Origin: an uncultured Planctomycetaceae bacterium
GTDB taxonomy: Bacteria > Planctomycetota > Planctomycetia > Isosphaerales > Isosphaeraceae
Assembly (NCBI GenBank): GCA_963833985.1
Contig: CAWIAD010000002.1
Span: 2,880,001 to 2,944,000 of the forward strand
Direction of reading: 5' to 3'
DNA length: 64,000 bases
Of the stretch, positions 30,246 to 41,081 are shown in pieces. The position numbers were made by a program, and so were the translations under genes. Numbering within the stretch: the stretch's first letter is position 1; each line of letters begins with the position of its first letter. Below the pieces are notes generated by a model, which was not told where the DNA came from, did no database searches, and saw nothing but the letters and a program-made list of their open reading frames with translations.

Positions 30246-31570
30246 CCGAGGACCAGCAGCCTGACCGTCCTCCGGATCAACCCGACGGCGAGGACTCACG
30301 CGTGCTCGGGACTGGCTCGAGCCCGATCAGCGCCGGCGATCGCGGAGACGATGACGACCTGCGAGAGCTGTTTCGCGTCTCGGCTCCGCCGGCCAGCCCC
30401 GTCGACATCGACCGGCTCTGGCTCGCGGCACGGGCAGGCCGTTCTTCCCGTGCCCGGCTTGCCTGGCCGCACGGGATGCACCGATCGGGCAGCGTTCCCG
30501 ACCGCGCCGCCACCGTGTTCTTACCCACGAGGAGAATCATGATCACGACGCTGAAAATCGCGACCGCGACTCTGATGGCCGTATGTGGCTGGATTTACTT
30601 CGCGGTTTTTCCACCGGCGGAAGCCTCGGCCTTCGCCGAGATGGCGCAGAAGCTGCGCAACGCTCACACGCTCTCTTACAGAACCAGCACGGAGATCCCC
30701 ACTCTCAAGGCCCCGATGAGTATGAAGTTTTTCTTCAAGGAGCCGAACCTGATGCGTTTGGAGGGATCCGGAGGAGTGGTCACCGTGGTCGATGGCGTTC
30801 AAGGGAAGCAGCTCGTCCTCGACCCGACGTCCAGGACCGCAATGCTCCTGGAGGGCAAGGGCAGCGAACCGCCTCGTGGCGCCGGGGGATTGCTGGAACG
30901 ACTGCGCCAGCTCACGCAGGGCGATGCGAAGGCCGTGGGCGAGAAGGTCATAGGCGGGGTCCGGGCTCTCGGCTATCTGGTCAAGAAACACGGAAGCGAG
31001 ATGACGATCTGGGTCGATCCCGCCACGCGGCTCCCCGTGCAGATGGATGTTTCTGATCGCTTCATGGGCCAGCAAGTCCGGTCCACCGCGTCCGACTTCC
31101 AGATCGACCCCGAGCTGGATGACGCGCTCTTTCGTCTCGATCCGCCCGCGGGCTACACGGTGCGCAAGTCGGCATCTGACATCCTGGGGATGGACGAGAA
31201 GACGTTCCTCGATCCGGAGAAGGCGACAGCGGACTACCTTCGCAATTTCGCGGAGAAGACCGGCGGACGATTCCCGAAGCGGCTCGACGTTCTCTCCGAA
31301 TTCGACCAGGTGTTTCCGAAGAAGCAGGTCGGCTCACTGCTGGACGGCGAAACGCTGCGCGTCGTTCAGTCGCTCACTCGCTTCATGATGGCGACGCGCC
31401 CGCTCAACGGGAAGTTCGGCTACCGCTCCGAGGGGGTGAAGCTCGGTGATGCGGACAAGATCATCTTCTGGTATCGCCCCGAAGGTGCCACCACGTACCG
31501 AGCGCTGTACGGCGACCTGCATGCGGCGGATGTTCCAGAAGACAAACTGCCCGTGGCACCGAAGCCCTGA
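30242..31570 (+). CDS. Putative anti-sigma factor: cytoplasmic N-terminus, TM helix, LolA-like extracytoplasmic domain
   Basis: ATGA overlap with the ECF gene; TM IATATLMAVCGWIYFAVF; IWVDPATRLPV and LDDALF..PPAGY motifs typical of LolA-like folds. Confidence 0.7.
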   Translation: MTEDQQPDRPPDQPDGEDSRVLGTGSSPISAGDRGDDDDLRELFRVSAPPASPVDIDRLWLAARAGRSSRARLAWPHGMHRSGSVPDRAATVFLPTRRIMITTLKIATATLMAVCGWIYFAVFPPAEASAFAEMAQKLRNAHTLSYRTSTEIPTLKAPMSMKFFFKEPNLMRLEGSGGVVTVVDGVQGKQLVLDPTSRTAMLLEGKGSEPPRGAGGLLERLRQLTQGDAKAVGEKVIGGVRALGYLVKKHGSEMTIWVDPATRLPVQMDVSDRFMGQQVRSTASDFQIDPELDDALFRLDPPAGYTVRKSASDILGMDEKTFLDPEKATADYLRNFAEKTGGRFPKRLDVLSEFDQVFPKKQVGSLLDGETLRVVQSLTRFMMATRPLNGKFGYRSEGVKLGDADKIIFWYRPEGATTYRALYGDLHAADVPEDKLPVAPKP

Positions 31571-31754
31571 GCGGGCCTGGAACACCTTACTGCACCAGAA
31601 GATAACGCGCAGCGAGGCCGCTTCCCGGAGGCCCTGTCACCAGGCCGGGAAGCGGTCTGGCTCTTATTCATTTCGGATATAGCCTCGCTTCGAGATCTCT
31701 AACGAATTAAGAGTATCGAGTCATCAGAAAATACGGAACATGGCGTTTTTTTCC

Positions 31755-31785
31755 TTGACTGTGGCCCCGCAATTTTCGATAAAGT
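31755..31785 (+). promoter_or_regulatory. Possible sigma70 promoter upstream of the DUF1559 gene
   Basis: TTGACT then GATAAA (17-nt spacer) or TAAAGT (19-nt spacer) in an AT-rich patch. Confidence 0.35.
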
Positions 31786-32280
31786 TTTGATCCTTGTGAA
31801 GCCTGTCGTTCAGCGTTTCAGTCGCGCCGCTTTGGTCGTCAGTGTCCTCGCTGCCTGGGGAATCGTGCGCCTGTCCATTTGACCGTTCCGATCTGACCGC
31901 ACACTGGAATGGGTCATCACGAAGTGCTGCCTTGGGGGCGTCTGAATTCCCGGTGCGCGCCGGGGATTCCGGCGTCCAGGTAAGGTTGTCTCCGCGAACA
32001 CTCTCTGCCGGGGTTGCTCCGTGACAGTAGGCCCTGGCCTCGAACGTGCGCGGCTGTTCAGTTTGTCTTGACTCTCATGGCTCGGTCACTGCACGTCGTT
32101 CCGTCCGGCTTGTGGCAGAACGTGATGCAACCCGCGTTGAGAACGAAACCGTTCATTTAGTAGCTTATGCAAACGTGCATCGCTGGGGTCTCTGGTCATT
32201 CTCCGATTCTTTTTCGGAGAGTTCTTTCGGGGCGTGCGGCTTCTAGGTCTGCCTTCAGGCGTTCTTGCGGAGGGTTCAAG

Positions 32281-33432
32281 ATGAATCGAAGAGTTCGCGG
32301 TTTCACTCTGATCGAGCTGCTCGTGGTGATTGCCATCATCGCTGTTCTGATCTCCCTTCTTCTGCCGGCCGTTCAGTCCGCGCGGGAGGCGGCACGGCGG
32401 GCGCAGTGTACGAACAATATGAAGCAGATAGGCCTGGCGATGCACAACTACGTCAGCGCCAACGATGCTCTGCCGCCGGTCTGCATTGACCAGCAGTGGA
32501 ACAGCAGTAACAGTGCTTTGCCGCAGCCGCATCAGAACTGGTCCCAGCATGCGCGGCTCCTGCCTTACATGGAGCAGGCGCCGCTGTACAACTCGATCAA
32601 CTGGAACTTCGGCGCTCGCTGGAGCGACGGCGATACCGTCTACAGCGACGTCAATCCGCCGGACATCAACGCCGCGGGCGGCAGCGACAGCATTCCCCAG
32701 TGCACGGTGCTGGTCCAGACGATCAGCTCGTTGCTCTGTCCGTCGGACAGCAATCGCGGTGGCGTCGGTCAGTTTGCTATCGGCGGCATGGCACGGACGG
32801 TGGGGAGCTTCAGCTATCCGGCGAATATCGGGCTGAACCGGCGGATCACCGGCAACTCGCTGGGCATGACGCCCGTCGATTCAAGCTGGAAGCTGAACGG
32901 TCCCAACTACGTGGCCAGCAGCTGGGACAACGCGGTCAACGCCACCACCAACCTGTCGACGTTTTCCGACGGCACCAGCAACACGGCGATCTTCAGCGAG
33001 TGGCTCAACGCCACGGGGACCGGGAACCCCCCTCCTCAGCAGGGGCTCTCGATCGTGTACAACTTCGTCCCGTCGACGGCTTCCAACGGATACCCGACGG
33101 ACCTCCAGTTCAAGCAAGTGTGCGACAACACGCCCATTCTCAGTGCCAACTTCAACTGGGGCTGGAAGGGTGAATGGTGGTGCTTCGGCGGCACCTCGAT
33201 TTACTCGCACACGCAGACGCCCAACCGGACGTCGTGCGCCTACTCCGACATCGGCCAGGACGGTCGCGGGACGATCACAGCGGTTACCGCCAGCTCGAAG
33301 CACCCCGGTGGTGTGAACGTGCTGTTCATGGACGGCTCCGTGCGTTTCATCAAGAGCTCGGTGAGTTACCAGGCATGGTACGCCATCGCCACTCCGAGCT
33401 ACGGTGAAGTCGTCAGCGCGGATTCGTACTGA
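32281..33432 (+). CDS. DUF1559 prepilin-type N-terminal cleavage/methylation protein with H-X9-DG motif
   Basis: [38 protein letters not shown]-terminal [14 protein letters not shown]. Confidence 0.95.
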   Translation: MNRRVRGFTLIELLVVIAIIAVLISLLLPAVQSAREAARRAQCTNNMKQIGLAMHNYVSANDALPPVCIDQQWNSSNSALPQPHQNWSQHARLLPYMEQAPLYNSINWNFGARWSDGDTVYSDVNPPDINAAGGSDSIPQCTVLVQTISSLLCPSDSNRGGVGQFAIGGMARTVGSFSYPANIGLNRRITGNSLGMTPVDSSWKLNGPNYVASSWDNAVNATTNLSTFSDGTSNTAIFSEWLNATGTGNPPPQQGLSIVYNFVPSTASNGYPTDLQFKQVCDNTPILSANFNWGWKGEWWCFGGTSIYSHTQTPNRTSCAYSDIGQDGRGTITAVTASSKHPGGVNVLFMDGSVRFIKSSVSYQAWYAIATPSYGEVVSADSY

Positions 33433-33557
33433 GCCTGATCTGTTCCAGCAAATGTAGTTGCCCGTCGTCGAGCCGCAGATTCTTCTGGCTCGGCGGCGGG
33501 CATCGTGCATTGATCGGGACACGGGCTATTCTTGGCGGAGCGGAAAAGGCTCTTTGA

Positions 33558-34893
33558 TCAGGGGACTTGCTCGCGCAGTGCTTCCCGTGAGCCCAGCAGG
33601 GCAATCAGGCCGTCGGCGATCGACCCGCGCCAGCAGCAGTAGTCGTGGCCCCCGACGTATTCCGAGTAGGCCACGGCATGGCCTCTGGCTTCGAGAACAT
33701 CGCGCAGCCGCCGGTTCTCCAGAACCATGTTTTGCACGGCGCCTTGTTTGAACTGGCCGACCTCGAGATAGAACCGCAGGGGTTTCATAGAGGACCTGGC
33801 GAACTGCCGTGTCAGCCAGCCCGTCTCCATATCGAAAGTCGCGGCGTGCCGGTCGCCGGCCGCAGGGGAGTACCAGAACGAGCCAGATTGGGACAGGACG
33901 CCACCGAAGACCTCGGGGTGGCGCAGGGCCGCGTGGGCCGCGGCCAGACCTCCCAGGCTCTGGCCGGCGATGATCGTATGCGCGGGGTCAAGGCCGGCAT
34001 GGTGTTCGGCGCGCACCCACGGGACGAGCTCCCGGGAAAGGAAGTCGGAGAAGTGCTCCGAACAGCGCAGGTTTCGCGTCCGGTTCGCCGCACTCACTGA
34101 ACCGACAAGAACCACGACCGTGCGTGGGATTTTGCCAGCACTCTGGAGGTTCGCAACGATCCGCGGAATCGGAATCATGGTGTCGTCTGCCTTACCTCCG
34201 TTGCTCTCGCCATCGAGAGCCACGAGCAGGCTGGATGGAGCATCGGCGCCGCCTCCGACGGCGGTGCGTGCAATCCAGATCCTGGAAGGATGCTCGAGGA
34301 TCGCGCTGCGGATCTCGACTTCGAGCACCGCGGGCTCCGGCACGCCGGCCCTTGCATTCAGCCAGGGCTGCGGGGGTGCCTGCGGCAACTCCACGAGCGA
34401 ACTGATGCCGAGCCTCCTGGGGTTGAGCGGATCGGATCTTGGGAAAGGGTTACGTGACGATTCGCCGGGGACCATCTTCGGGTAGTTGACCAGAAACATG
34501 TAGCCGAAGCGCGCGAGCGGGGACCTTTTGCGTCAGGAACCAGACGTCGGTTCCCGCAAGGCAATCGAGCGTCTCGTCACCTCCGGGAACACCTCCGATC
34601 AAGAAGACCCGCCTGGTCTTCTCGTCTCCGTGCCAGACGAACGTGATCTGCACCCGATCCGCTGAACCGTGGATCGGCTCGATGATCGGCGTGTTCCCCT
34701 CGATCTCTTGCCAGAATCGCCTCAGCGCCGTCGGATCGCCGTGTCGAATCGCCTCGTCCAGGGCTGCAATGCGCGGGCTTTCCGGTCGTTCGTCGGGAAC
34801 AGGTGGACCCGCGCCGCCGACTCGACGGCCAGCAACCGTGACGATCAAAAGCAGCGCGGTCACGATCCGAGAGCGGGCAACTAACGCCAGCAT
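33558..34893 (-). CDS. Enterochelin esterase (Fes)-like alpha/beta hydrolase with signal peptide (frameshift near 34512)
   Basis: FWQE..TPIIE, ITFVW, DPLNP N-domain; GQSLGG nucleophile, SQSGSFW, GGHDYCCW. Confidence 0.85.
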
Positions 34894-34993
34894 GGTGTTT
34901 CCCCGGGAACTTCCAGTCTCATTAATGATAATTACACTATTTCATAAAATGGGGTGCCGTTGATGCCGGCGCTGCCCTCCGCTAGGCTCCCGT

Positions 34994-36373
34994 TCATTGC
35001 GACGGATTCCGATTCTGCTCGACGATGCGCACGATGATATCATCGTGAAAGTCAGGGCATTCCAGTTGGGGCCTGGTTCCTTCACGCGTGCCGAGGTCTG
35101 AAGTCTTCAGCGTCTTCCCTGAGGAGGGGTCAATCCACTCCAGGCGATAGGATCGCGCCGGCAGGTTCAATGTGATCGCCGGCATACGTCCGCTGGAGAC
35201 GTACAGCAAGTAAATGCCGTGTTTCCGGTCTGACATACCCATGATCTGGGTTGTGTTCCCTTCGAGCCTGTCATGGAAGCTGCTGTCCGCGACGGTGTGG
35301 GCCAGGTCAAGGCCATCGAAGATCTTCTTCAGCACCGAGAGCTGCCGGCGCAGGCTCGGGCCGCCGCCGCCGGGGGTGGGGTCGCTCACGCGGGCCGCGC
35401 CGGTGGGACGCTCGGCCGTGAAGGAGTAGTCCAGGTTGCTGAAGACCGCGCCGCCGGCCATCAGGAACTGCCATGCCTGGCGGCTGTAGACCGCGTCGCT
35501 GGTCCCCTTGAAGCCGGTCTCATCGAAGGCGATCGGCTTGCGCAGGGCCGCGTTCTCGCGCACGGCGTCCGGGGGCGACGCGTAGTGAAAATTGAAAATC
35601 GATACCCACGGGTCCGGATTCGTGATCCTGGCACTGCCGTTGGCGATGTTCTGGGCGATCAGGTGCTTGTTCGGCAGGTCTTCTTCGGCAGCCGCGATGG
35701 CCTCGGAGATCTTTCGCTGCCAGTCGAGCGTCACGCCGCCGAAGTATGGCTCGTTGCAGATCTCGAAGTACAGGTTGTCGAACGCGTTCAGTTCGGTGAC
35801 GAGGCGAGTCACCAGTGCGACCTGCCGGCGCAGGAGGTCTGGGTGTTTGAGTGTGTAGGCCTCGTCACGCGGGCAATGGCCCACGCCGTTCCGATTGTTG
35901 CGACCGTTCATGGGGTTCACGGACCAGAGGTTTTCCTCGTAGAACGGGCAGAAGAGGACAAACTCGACCACGATCCCCCGTCTGCCGGCCTCGGTCATGA
36001 ACCGCCGGAGACGAGCCAGGTACTCCGGATCGATCTCATCCAGGTCGTACTTGCCGTCGCGCAGCATCCAGGGAGACTGGTAGCGCCCGGGCTCAGGCGC
36101 CAGGGTGTTGCCCTGGATCTTGAAGGAACCGGGAACCTCGCGGTACGTGCCGGAAAAGGTCCGCGTCAGGTTGAACCCGCGCGCCTCAAGCTCGGCCAGG
36201 TAGGGCACGAAATCGAACTGCCGATTGAGCACGGCGCCGTAGTGCTCTCCCGAGGTCAGCAAAACGGTGGGCTTGCCCCGGAACAGGAAGTAATGCGGAT
36301 TCTCAGGGAGCAGCGTCAGCGGACTGCTCGCCGTGATCATGCAGGCGGCCAGGAGGACGGCAGAAAGATCCAT
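34994..36373 (-). CDS. Secreted clan GH-A (GH5-like) glycoside hydrolase
   Basis: NPHYFLFRGKP, FEICNEP (acid/base), NFHY, FDETGF (nucleophile); C-terminal WIDP beta domain. Confidence 0.75.
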   Translation of the reverse strand: MDLSAVLLAACMITASSPLTLLPENPHYFLFRGKPTVLLTSGEHYGAVLNRQFDFVPYLAELEARGFNLTRTFSGTYREVPGSFKIQGNTLAPEPGRYQSPWMLRDGKYDLDEIDPEYLARLRRFMTEAGRRGIVVEFVLFCPFYEENLWSVNPMNGRNNRNGVGHCPRDEAYTLKHPDLLRRQVALVTRLVTELNAFDNLYFEICNEPYFGGVTLDWQRKISEAIAAAEEDLPNKHLIAQNIANGSARITNPDPWVSIFNFHYASPPDAVRENAALRKPIAFDETGFKGTSDAVYSRQAWQFLMAGGAVFSNLDYSFTAERPTGAARVSDPTPGGGGPSLRRQLSVLKKIFDGLDLAHTVADSSFHDRLEGNTTQIMGMSDRKHGIYLLYVSSGRMPAITLNLPARSYRLEWIDPSSGKTLKTSDLGTREGTRPQLECPDFHDDIIVRIVEQNRNPSQ

Positions 36374-36593
36374 GGTGATCTCGATCTCCGCGCCGGGAAG
36401 AGGTCGGGTCATGCGCCGGAAACGACGACATCATCGTACGGAGGCCCCTGGACCGAAACCATGGTCTCGGGCTGCTCTGTGGCATGTGACGTCCGCGCCT
36501 CGTAAAATGCTGCCGTCCGGTCCCACCACGACACCGCTCGGATCCTGCCTGCTGGAGCAACGACAGGCGAGCCAGACCCATGAGGACTTCCCC

Positions 36594-37967
36594 ATGAACC
36601 ACGCCGTCCATCGCCGCTCATTCCTCCACGGAGCCTCGGTTGCGGGATTCGGTATCTTCGCCAGCGGGCGGCACGGAGAGGCGGGAGCCGTGAGCCCGAA
36701 CGAAACCCTGAACATCGCGTGCATTGGCGTGGGGGGGAAGGGGGAGAGCGACACGCGGCACGCGTCGAAATTCGGCAAGATCGTCGCGGTCTGCGATATC
36801 GACGAGCAGCGCGGGGGTGCGAACTTTGAACGGTTCAAGGACGCGAAGCGCTACCACGACTATCGCAAGCTGCTCGAGGAGATGGGCTCGAAGATCGATG
36901 CGGTGACCGTCTCGGCGCCCGATCATCATCACGCGCCGGCCGCCGTGATGGCCATGCGGCTGGGAAAGCACGTCTATTGCCAGAAGCCGCTGACGCATTC
37001 GGTCTGGGAAGCGCGATTGATGCGCGAAACAGCCAGGGAAAAGGGCGTCTGCACACAGATGGGCAACCAGGGGACGGCGAATCCCGGTTTTCGGCGCGGC
37101 GTGGAGATCATCCGCTCCGGCGCCATTGGAGAGATTCGCGAGGTTCACGTCTGGACGAACCGGCCGTTCAAGTACTGGAAGCAGGCGCCCGACCTGGTGG
37201 CGCGCCCGCAGGACACTCCGGGGATTCCCAACCACGTACACTGGTACGAATTTCTCGGCCCCGCGCCCGACCGGCCGTATCATCCGGTGTATCACCCGCA
37301 CAACTGGCGGGGATGGTGGGATTTCGGTACCGGCTCGCTGGGCGACATGGCCTGTCACACCACCAACCTGGCGTTCATGGCGCTCAAGCTGGGGCTGCCC
37401 ACGCGCGTCTCCGCCCACAGCGGCGAGATCAACCCGGAGACCTATCCGGCCTGGGCGACGATCACCTACGAGTTCCCGGCCCGCGAGGGCCTGCCGCCGG
37501 TAAAGCTGACGTGGAACGAGGGAGCCAGGGACGGCCGGCGCAACCTGCCTTTCGCCGAACTGTTCCCGCCCGGGTTCAGGTACAGCGACAGCGGATCCCT
37601 CTTTGTCGGGTCGAAAGGCAAGCTCTATTCCCCCAGCGACAACGGCGCCGACCAGATCCTCTTGCCGGAGGCCGAGTTCAAGGGCTTTCATGCTCCCCCG
37701 CCATCGCTTCCCAGGATCGAGGGGAAGGATGACGAGGACCAGGATCACAAGCAGGAGTGGATCGAGGCCATCCGCGCGAACAAGCCGGCGCACGCCCTTT
37801 CCAACTTCGCGTACGCGTCCACCGTCACCGAGGCGATGTTGCTGGGCAACGTGGCGGTGCGCTCCGGCGAGACGATCGAATACGACCCGGCCAGCGGACG
37901 GATCACGAACAGCTCGAGTGCAAGCCAGTACCTCAAACCCTATTTCCGCAAGGGATGGGAGATCTGA
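36594..37967 (+). CDS. Tat-exported Gfo/Idh/MocA oxidoreductase
   Basis: RRSFL twin-arginine signal; IGVGGKG; PDHHH; GKHVYCQKP; WRGWWDFGTGSLGDMACH. Confidence 0.93.
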   Translation: MNHAVHRRSFLHGASVAGFGIFASGRHGEAGAVSPNETLNIACIGVGGKGESDTRHASKFGKIVAVCDIDEQRGGANFERFKDAKRYHDYRKLLEEMGSKIDAVTVSAPDHHHAPAAVMAMRLGKHVYCQKPLTHSVWEARLMRETAREKGVCTQMGNQGTANPGFRRGVEIIRSGAIGEIREVHVWTNRPFKYWKQAPDLVARPQDTPGIPNHVHWYEFLGPAPDRPYHPVYHPHNWRGWWDFGTGSLGDMACHTTNLAFMALKLGLPTRVSAHSGEINPETYPAWATITYEFPAREGLPPVKLTWNEGARDGRRNLPFAELFPPGFRYSDSGSLFVGSKGKLYSPSDNGADQILLPEAEFKGFHAPPPSLPRIEGKDDEDQDHKQEWIEAIRANKPAHALSNFAYASTVTEAMLLGNVAVRSGETIEYDPASGRITNSSSASQYLKPYFRKGWEI

Positions 37968-37994
37968 GAATCACCGCCAGCCTTGCCGCAGCTC

Positions 37995-38777
37995 TCAGAA
38001 AATCTTCGCCAGGCAGCCGCCGTCCACGGTGATGCAGGCGCCGGTGATGTAGCTGCCGGCATCGCTGGCCAGCAGGAGCGCGGGGCCGGCAAGCTCCTCG
38101 GGCTGGCCCCAGCGGTTCAGGGACGTGGTCCGGGCGAACTCGTCCTGCTTCTCCTTGGAAAGCAGCCCCAGCGGCAGATCGGTCAGAAACGGACCAGGCG
38201 CCAGGCAGTTCACCGTGATGCCGTATGGCCCCAGGTCGCTGGCGCTGGCGCGTGCCAGGCCCAGGAGCGCGCTCTTGGTGGCCGAGTAGGCATTGCGCCC
38301 GCCTGCCGAGCTGAACCCCATGATCGACGAGATGTGAATGATCCGCCCCCAGCGCCGCTCTTTCATATAAGGCACGAGCGCGCGGGCAAGCGCCATGCAC
38401 GACGTCAGGTTGAGCTCCACGAGGTTGTCCCAGTCTTCATCGCGGATCTCATCAATGGGCTGTGGGATGTTGTTCCCCGCGTTGTTGACCAGGATGTCGA
38501 CCCGACCCAGGGCCTCGATGGCCGCACGGGCCAGACTGTCGGCCTGACCGCGCTGGCTCATGTCGGCCACGGCATACTCCGCTCGACTGCTGGAGGCGGA
38601 CCGGATCTCGGTGGCCGCGGCTTGCAGCTCATTCTCGTGGCGGCTGGAGATGAAGACGTCCGCACCGGCCTGGGCGAACCCGAGCGCCATGGCCTTGCCC
38701 AGCCCCTTGCTGCCGCCCGTGACAAGTGCCGCTCTGCCTGACAGATCGAATTTCTTTGAGATCATCATCATCTCCAT
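37995..38777 (-). CDS. SDR family oxidoreductase
   Basis: TGGSKGLG, DILVNNAG, YSATK, NCLAPG, VDGG. Confidence 0.93.
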   Translation of the reverse strand: MEMMMISKKFDLSGRAALVTGGSKGLGKAMALGFAQAGADVFISSRHENELQAAATEIRSASSSRAEYAVADMSQRGQADSLARAAIEALGRVDILVNNAGNNIPQPIDEIRDEDWDNLVELNLTSCMALARALVPYMKERRWGRIIHISSIMGFSSAGGRNAYSATKSALLGLARASASDLGPYGITVNCLAPGPFLTDLPLGLLSKEKQDEFARTTSLNRWGQPEELAGPALLLASDAGSYITGACITVDGGCLAKIF

Positions 38778-38849
38778 GGAAACCGCCGTGATGTGCGTTG
38801 GCTTGTGCCTGCCCGCTCCGACTCTGGGGTCCAGGAACCATGAAGCGAA

Positions 38850-39230
38850 TTATTCCTGGAGCTCGTTCCGGAAGGTCTGTAGTTCCGGGCAGAGGGCGGC
38901 AAGCTGGACCAGCTCCTTGAGCCTCGCCTCGTCGCTCACGGTGTCGAGCCGGGCGGCAAAGTCTTCGGCCTGAGGACCGAACCGTGCTGAGAGGAGTTCC
39001 ACAATGGTCCGGCGCCTGGTCTGAAGCGCCGCCTCGCGTGCTGCTTCACGGGTCCATTCTTCTTTCAGTTCTTGAAGCACGGGTGATTCGATCATGGCGT
39101 TTCGTCCTCCCAGGAGCTGCAAAAGACCTCGCTCATTATACCGCAAACTTGCAAGCACCTGCGTGACGGCCAGCAGGTTCTCTCGTTGCTCCTCTGTCGT
39201 ACTCTTGCATCGAGTGATCCTTATTGAGCG
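38850..39230 (-). pseudogene. C-terminal remnant of an Rpn/DUF4351-like gene, containing an intact 81-aa internal ORF (39095-38850)
   Basis: ENLLAVTQVLASLRY...MIESPVLQE...IVELLSARFG...LKELVQLAALCPELQTF resembles Rpn-type C-termini. No nuclease N-terminus: trpS ends about 35 bp upstream. GGAGGA RBS precedes the internal ATG. Confidence 0.6.
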
Positions 39231-39264
39231 CAACCCATCCGGAAGGGTTCCCGAGGGGCGCAGC

Positions 39265-40236
39265 TCAATCGACCCCGCAGGCGGCGCGGGCGCGGTCGAG
39301 AACCTTGTGGGCCGTGGCGCAGGCGCGCTCGGCGCCTGCGGCGCGGATCTGGGCCACGCGCTCGGGGTGGGCGGCCCACTCCGCGCGCGCCTCGCGGGCC
39401 GGGCCGAAGTGGCCAATGATCGCCTCGGCCAGGCGAGTCTTCATCTCGCCGTAACCGATGCCCCCTTCACGGTAGCGTCGGTCCACCTCGGCAAGGTCGT
39501 CGGACGGGGCGAAGAGCTTGTAGAGCGCGAAGAGCGAGCTGTCATCCGGGTTCTTGGGCGCCTCGACCGGGGCGCTGTCGGTGACGATCCGCTTCACCTT
39601 CTTGCGAATGGTGGCGGGGTCGTCGAAGATCTCGATCGTGTTGCTGTAGCTCTTGGACATCTTCTGACCGTCGAGGCCCGGCACCACCGCCACGTTGTCC
39701 AGGATGTAGGGCTTGGGCAGCCGGAACACATCCTCGTTGCCGCCATACACGCGGTTGAACCGCTCGGCGATATCGCGGGTGATCTCCAGGTGTTGCTTCT
39801 GGTCCTGCCCCACGGGCACGAGGTCGGCGTCGTAGAGCAAGATGTCGGCCGCCTGAAGCACCGGGTAGGCGAACAGTCCGTGCTCGGCAGGCAGCCCTTG
39901 CTGAACCTTGTCCTTGAAGCTCACGCATTTCTCCAGCCAGCCCATGGGGGTGACCGACGTCAACAGCCAGGCCAGTTCGGTGGTTTCCGGAACGTCGGAC
40001 TGGACGAAGACCGTGGCCTTTTGCGGGTCGAGCCCCAGCGCGAGCAGGTCAGCCAGCACGTCAAAGACGTGCTGGCGCATCCGCGGCGCGTCGCGCACGC
40101 TGGTGAGCGCATGGTAGTTGGCCACGAAGTAGTAGGCTTCATTGCCCTCTTGCAGCGCGATGTACTGGCGGATGGCACCAAAGTAATTACCGATGTGCAA
40201 GGCGCCCGAGGGCTGGATTCCGGAAAGGATGCGCAT
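39265..40236 (-). CDS. trpS: Tryptophan--tRNA ligase
   Basis: LSGIQPSGALHIGNY, YPVLQAADILLY, VPVGQDQKQH, KMSKS. Confidence 0.97.
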   Translation of the reverse strand: MRILSGIQPSGALHIGNYFGAIRQYIALQEGNEAYYFVANYHALTSVRDAPRMRQHVFDVLADLLALGLDPQKATVFVQSDVPETTELAWLLTSVTPMGWLEKCVSFKDKVQQGLPAEHGLFAYPVLQAADILLYDADLVPVGQDQKQHLEITRDIAERFNRVYGGNEDVFRLPKPYILDNVAVVPGLDGQKMSKSYSNTIEIFDDPATIRKKVKRIVTDSAPVEAPKNPDDSSLFALYKLFAPSDDLAEVDRRYREGGIGYGEMKTRLAEAIIGHFGPAREARAEWAAHPERVAQIRAAGAERACATAHKVLDRARAACGVD

Positions 40237-40601
40237 GAAAAGAAAAACTCGCTGAGGACGGCTGCGGCGGAAGGTTCCTGGCATGATCCGGGGACAACAG
40301 CCTGATCCCGATGAACGGGCCCCGGCTGACGGTCCGCAGTCTGATCAGTCTACCAGCCAAGGAGATGCCGTCCAAGACGCCGAGCCGAATCAGTAACACG
40401 CTCGATCAATGGATCAACCGGCACGCGGGCACCTCCCATGGTATCGCGTGGTGGTCGCATATCTTCGTTGTATCCTCTTTGGTCAGGCTGTTTGAGGCCG
40501 GAAATGGGTGCAAGTACTCCTTGAATGCTGCTGCTGGCATGCACGCTGTCGGGCCGCGCAAATCGAGCCGGTGGGGTCGGTGCTCTGGGTGAGAGCATCA
40601 T

Positions 40602-40751
40602 CTAGGGCGGTTTTCACTCGGATCGCAGACTGAGACCGTGGGGCAGGCATTCCTGCCTGCCGGAGCAGGCCTGTCCTGGCAGACAGGAATGTCTGCCCCC
40701 ATTTCCAAAGATCTCAGAAACTGCTTGCAACCCGTCAGAAAACCGCCCCAG
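40602..40751. mobile_element. MITE-like element (150 bp) with 14-bp TIRs enclosing an inverted REP-like doublet
   Basis: ctagggcggttttc ... gaaaaccgccccag (1 mismatch); internal gtggggcaggcattcctgcctgcc / ggcagacaggaatgtctgcccc; related copy at 52306. Confidence 0.75.
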
Positions 40752-40849
40752 GAGTATCAGTCTAATGCGGATCGAGCGTGGGCTCGCATCGGCTTGCGCT
40801 GCGACAGGGGCAGAAGTCCGGTATGGCCCGGCAGGTGGCCCGCGGCGAG

Positions 40850-41081
40850 ATCCGATTTTTTCGACGTCTTCATCGTCGCAAACGACTTCGGTGCGGCCCT
40901 GAGGTCCCAACTTGAGACGGCCGATCTGCGGGCTTTCGTGGCCGATGCCGGCGCGAATGTTTCTACCGCGATCGAGACGATTGCGTACGCGAGCCCAGAC
41001 GCCGGGATCGTCCTCGTCGCGATTCCCGATGTGCCATTCCTGCCGGACCTCCCGGGCGCAGTCCCGCGCGGCGGTTGTTAA
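40850..41081 (+). pseudogene. Fragment of an SGNH/GDSL hydrolase-like gene
   Basis: VFIVANDF (block III GxND-like) ... NVSTAIETI ... IVLVAIPDVPFLP; no N-terminal GDS block and no C-terminal DxxH. Confidence 0.4.

Noticed and set aside
40237..40600. T-box or attenuator upstream of trpS
   Set aside because: No T-box consensus, terminator or convincing Trp-rich leader peptide on the coding strand.
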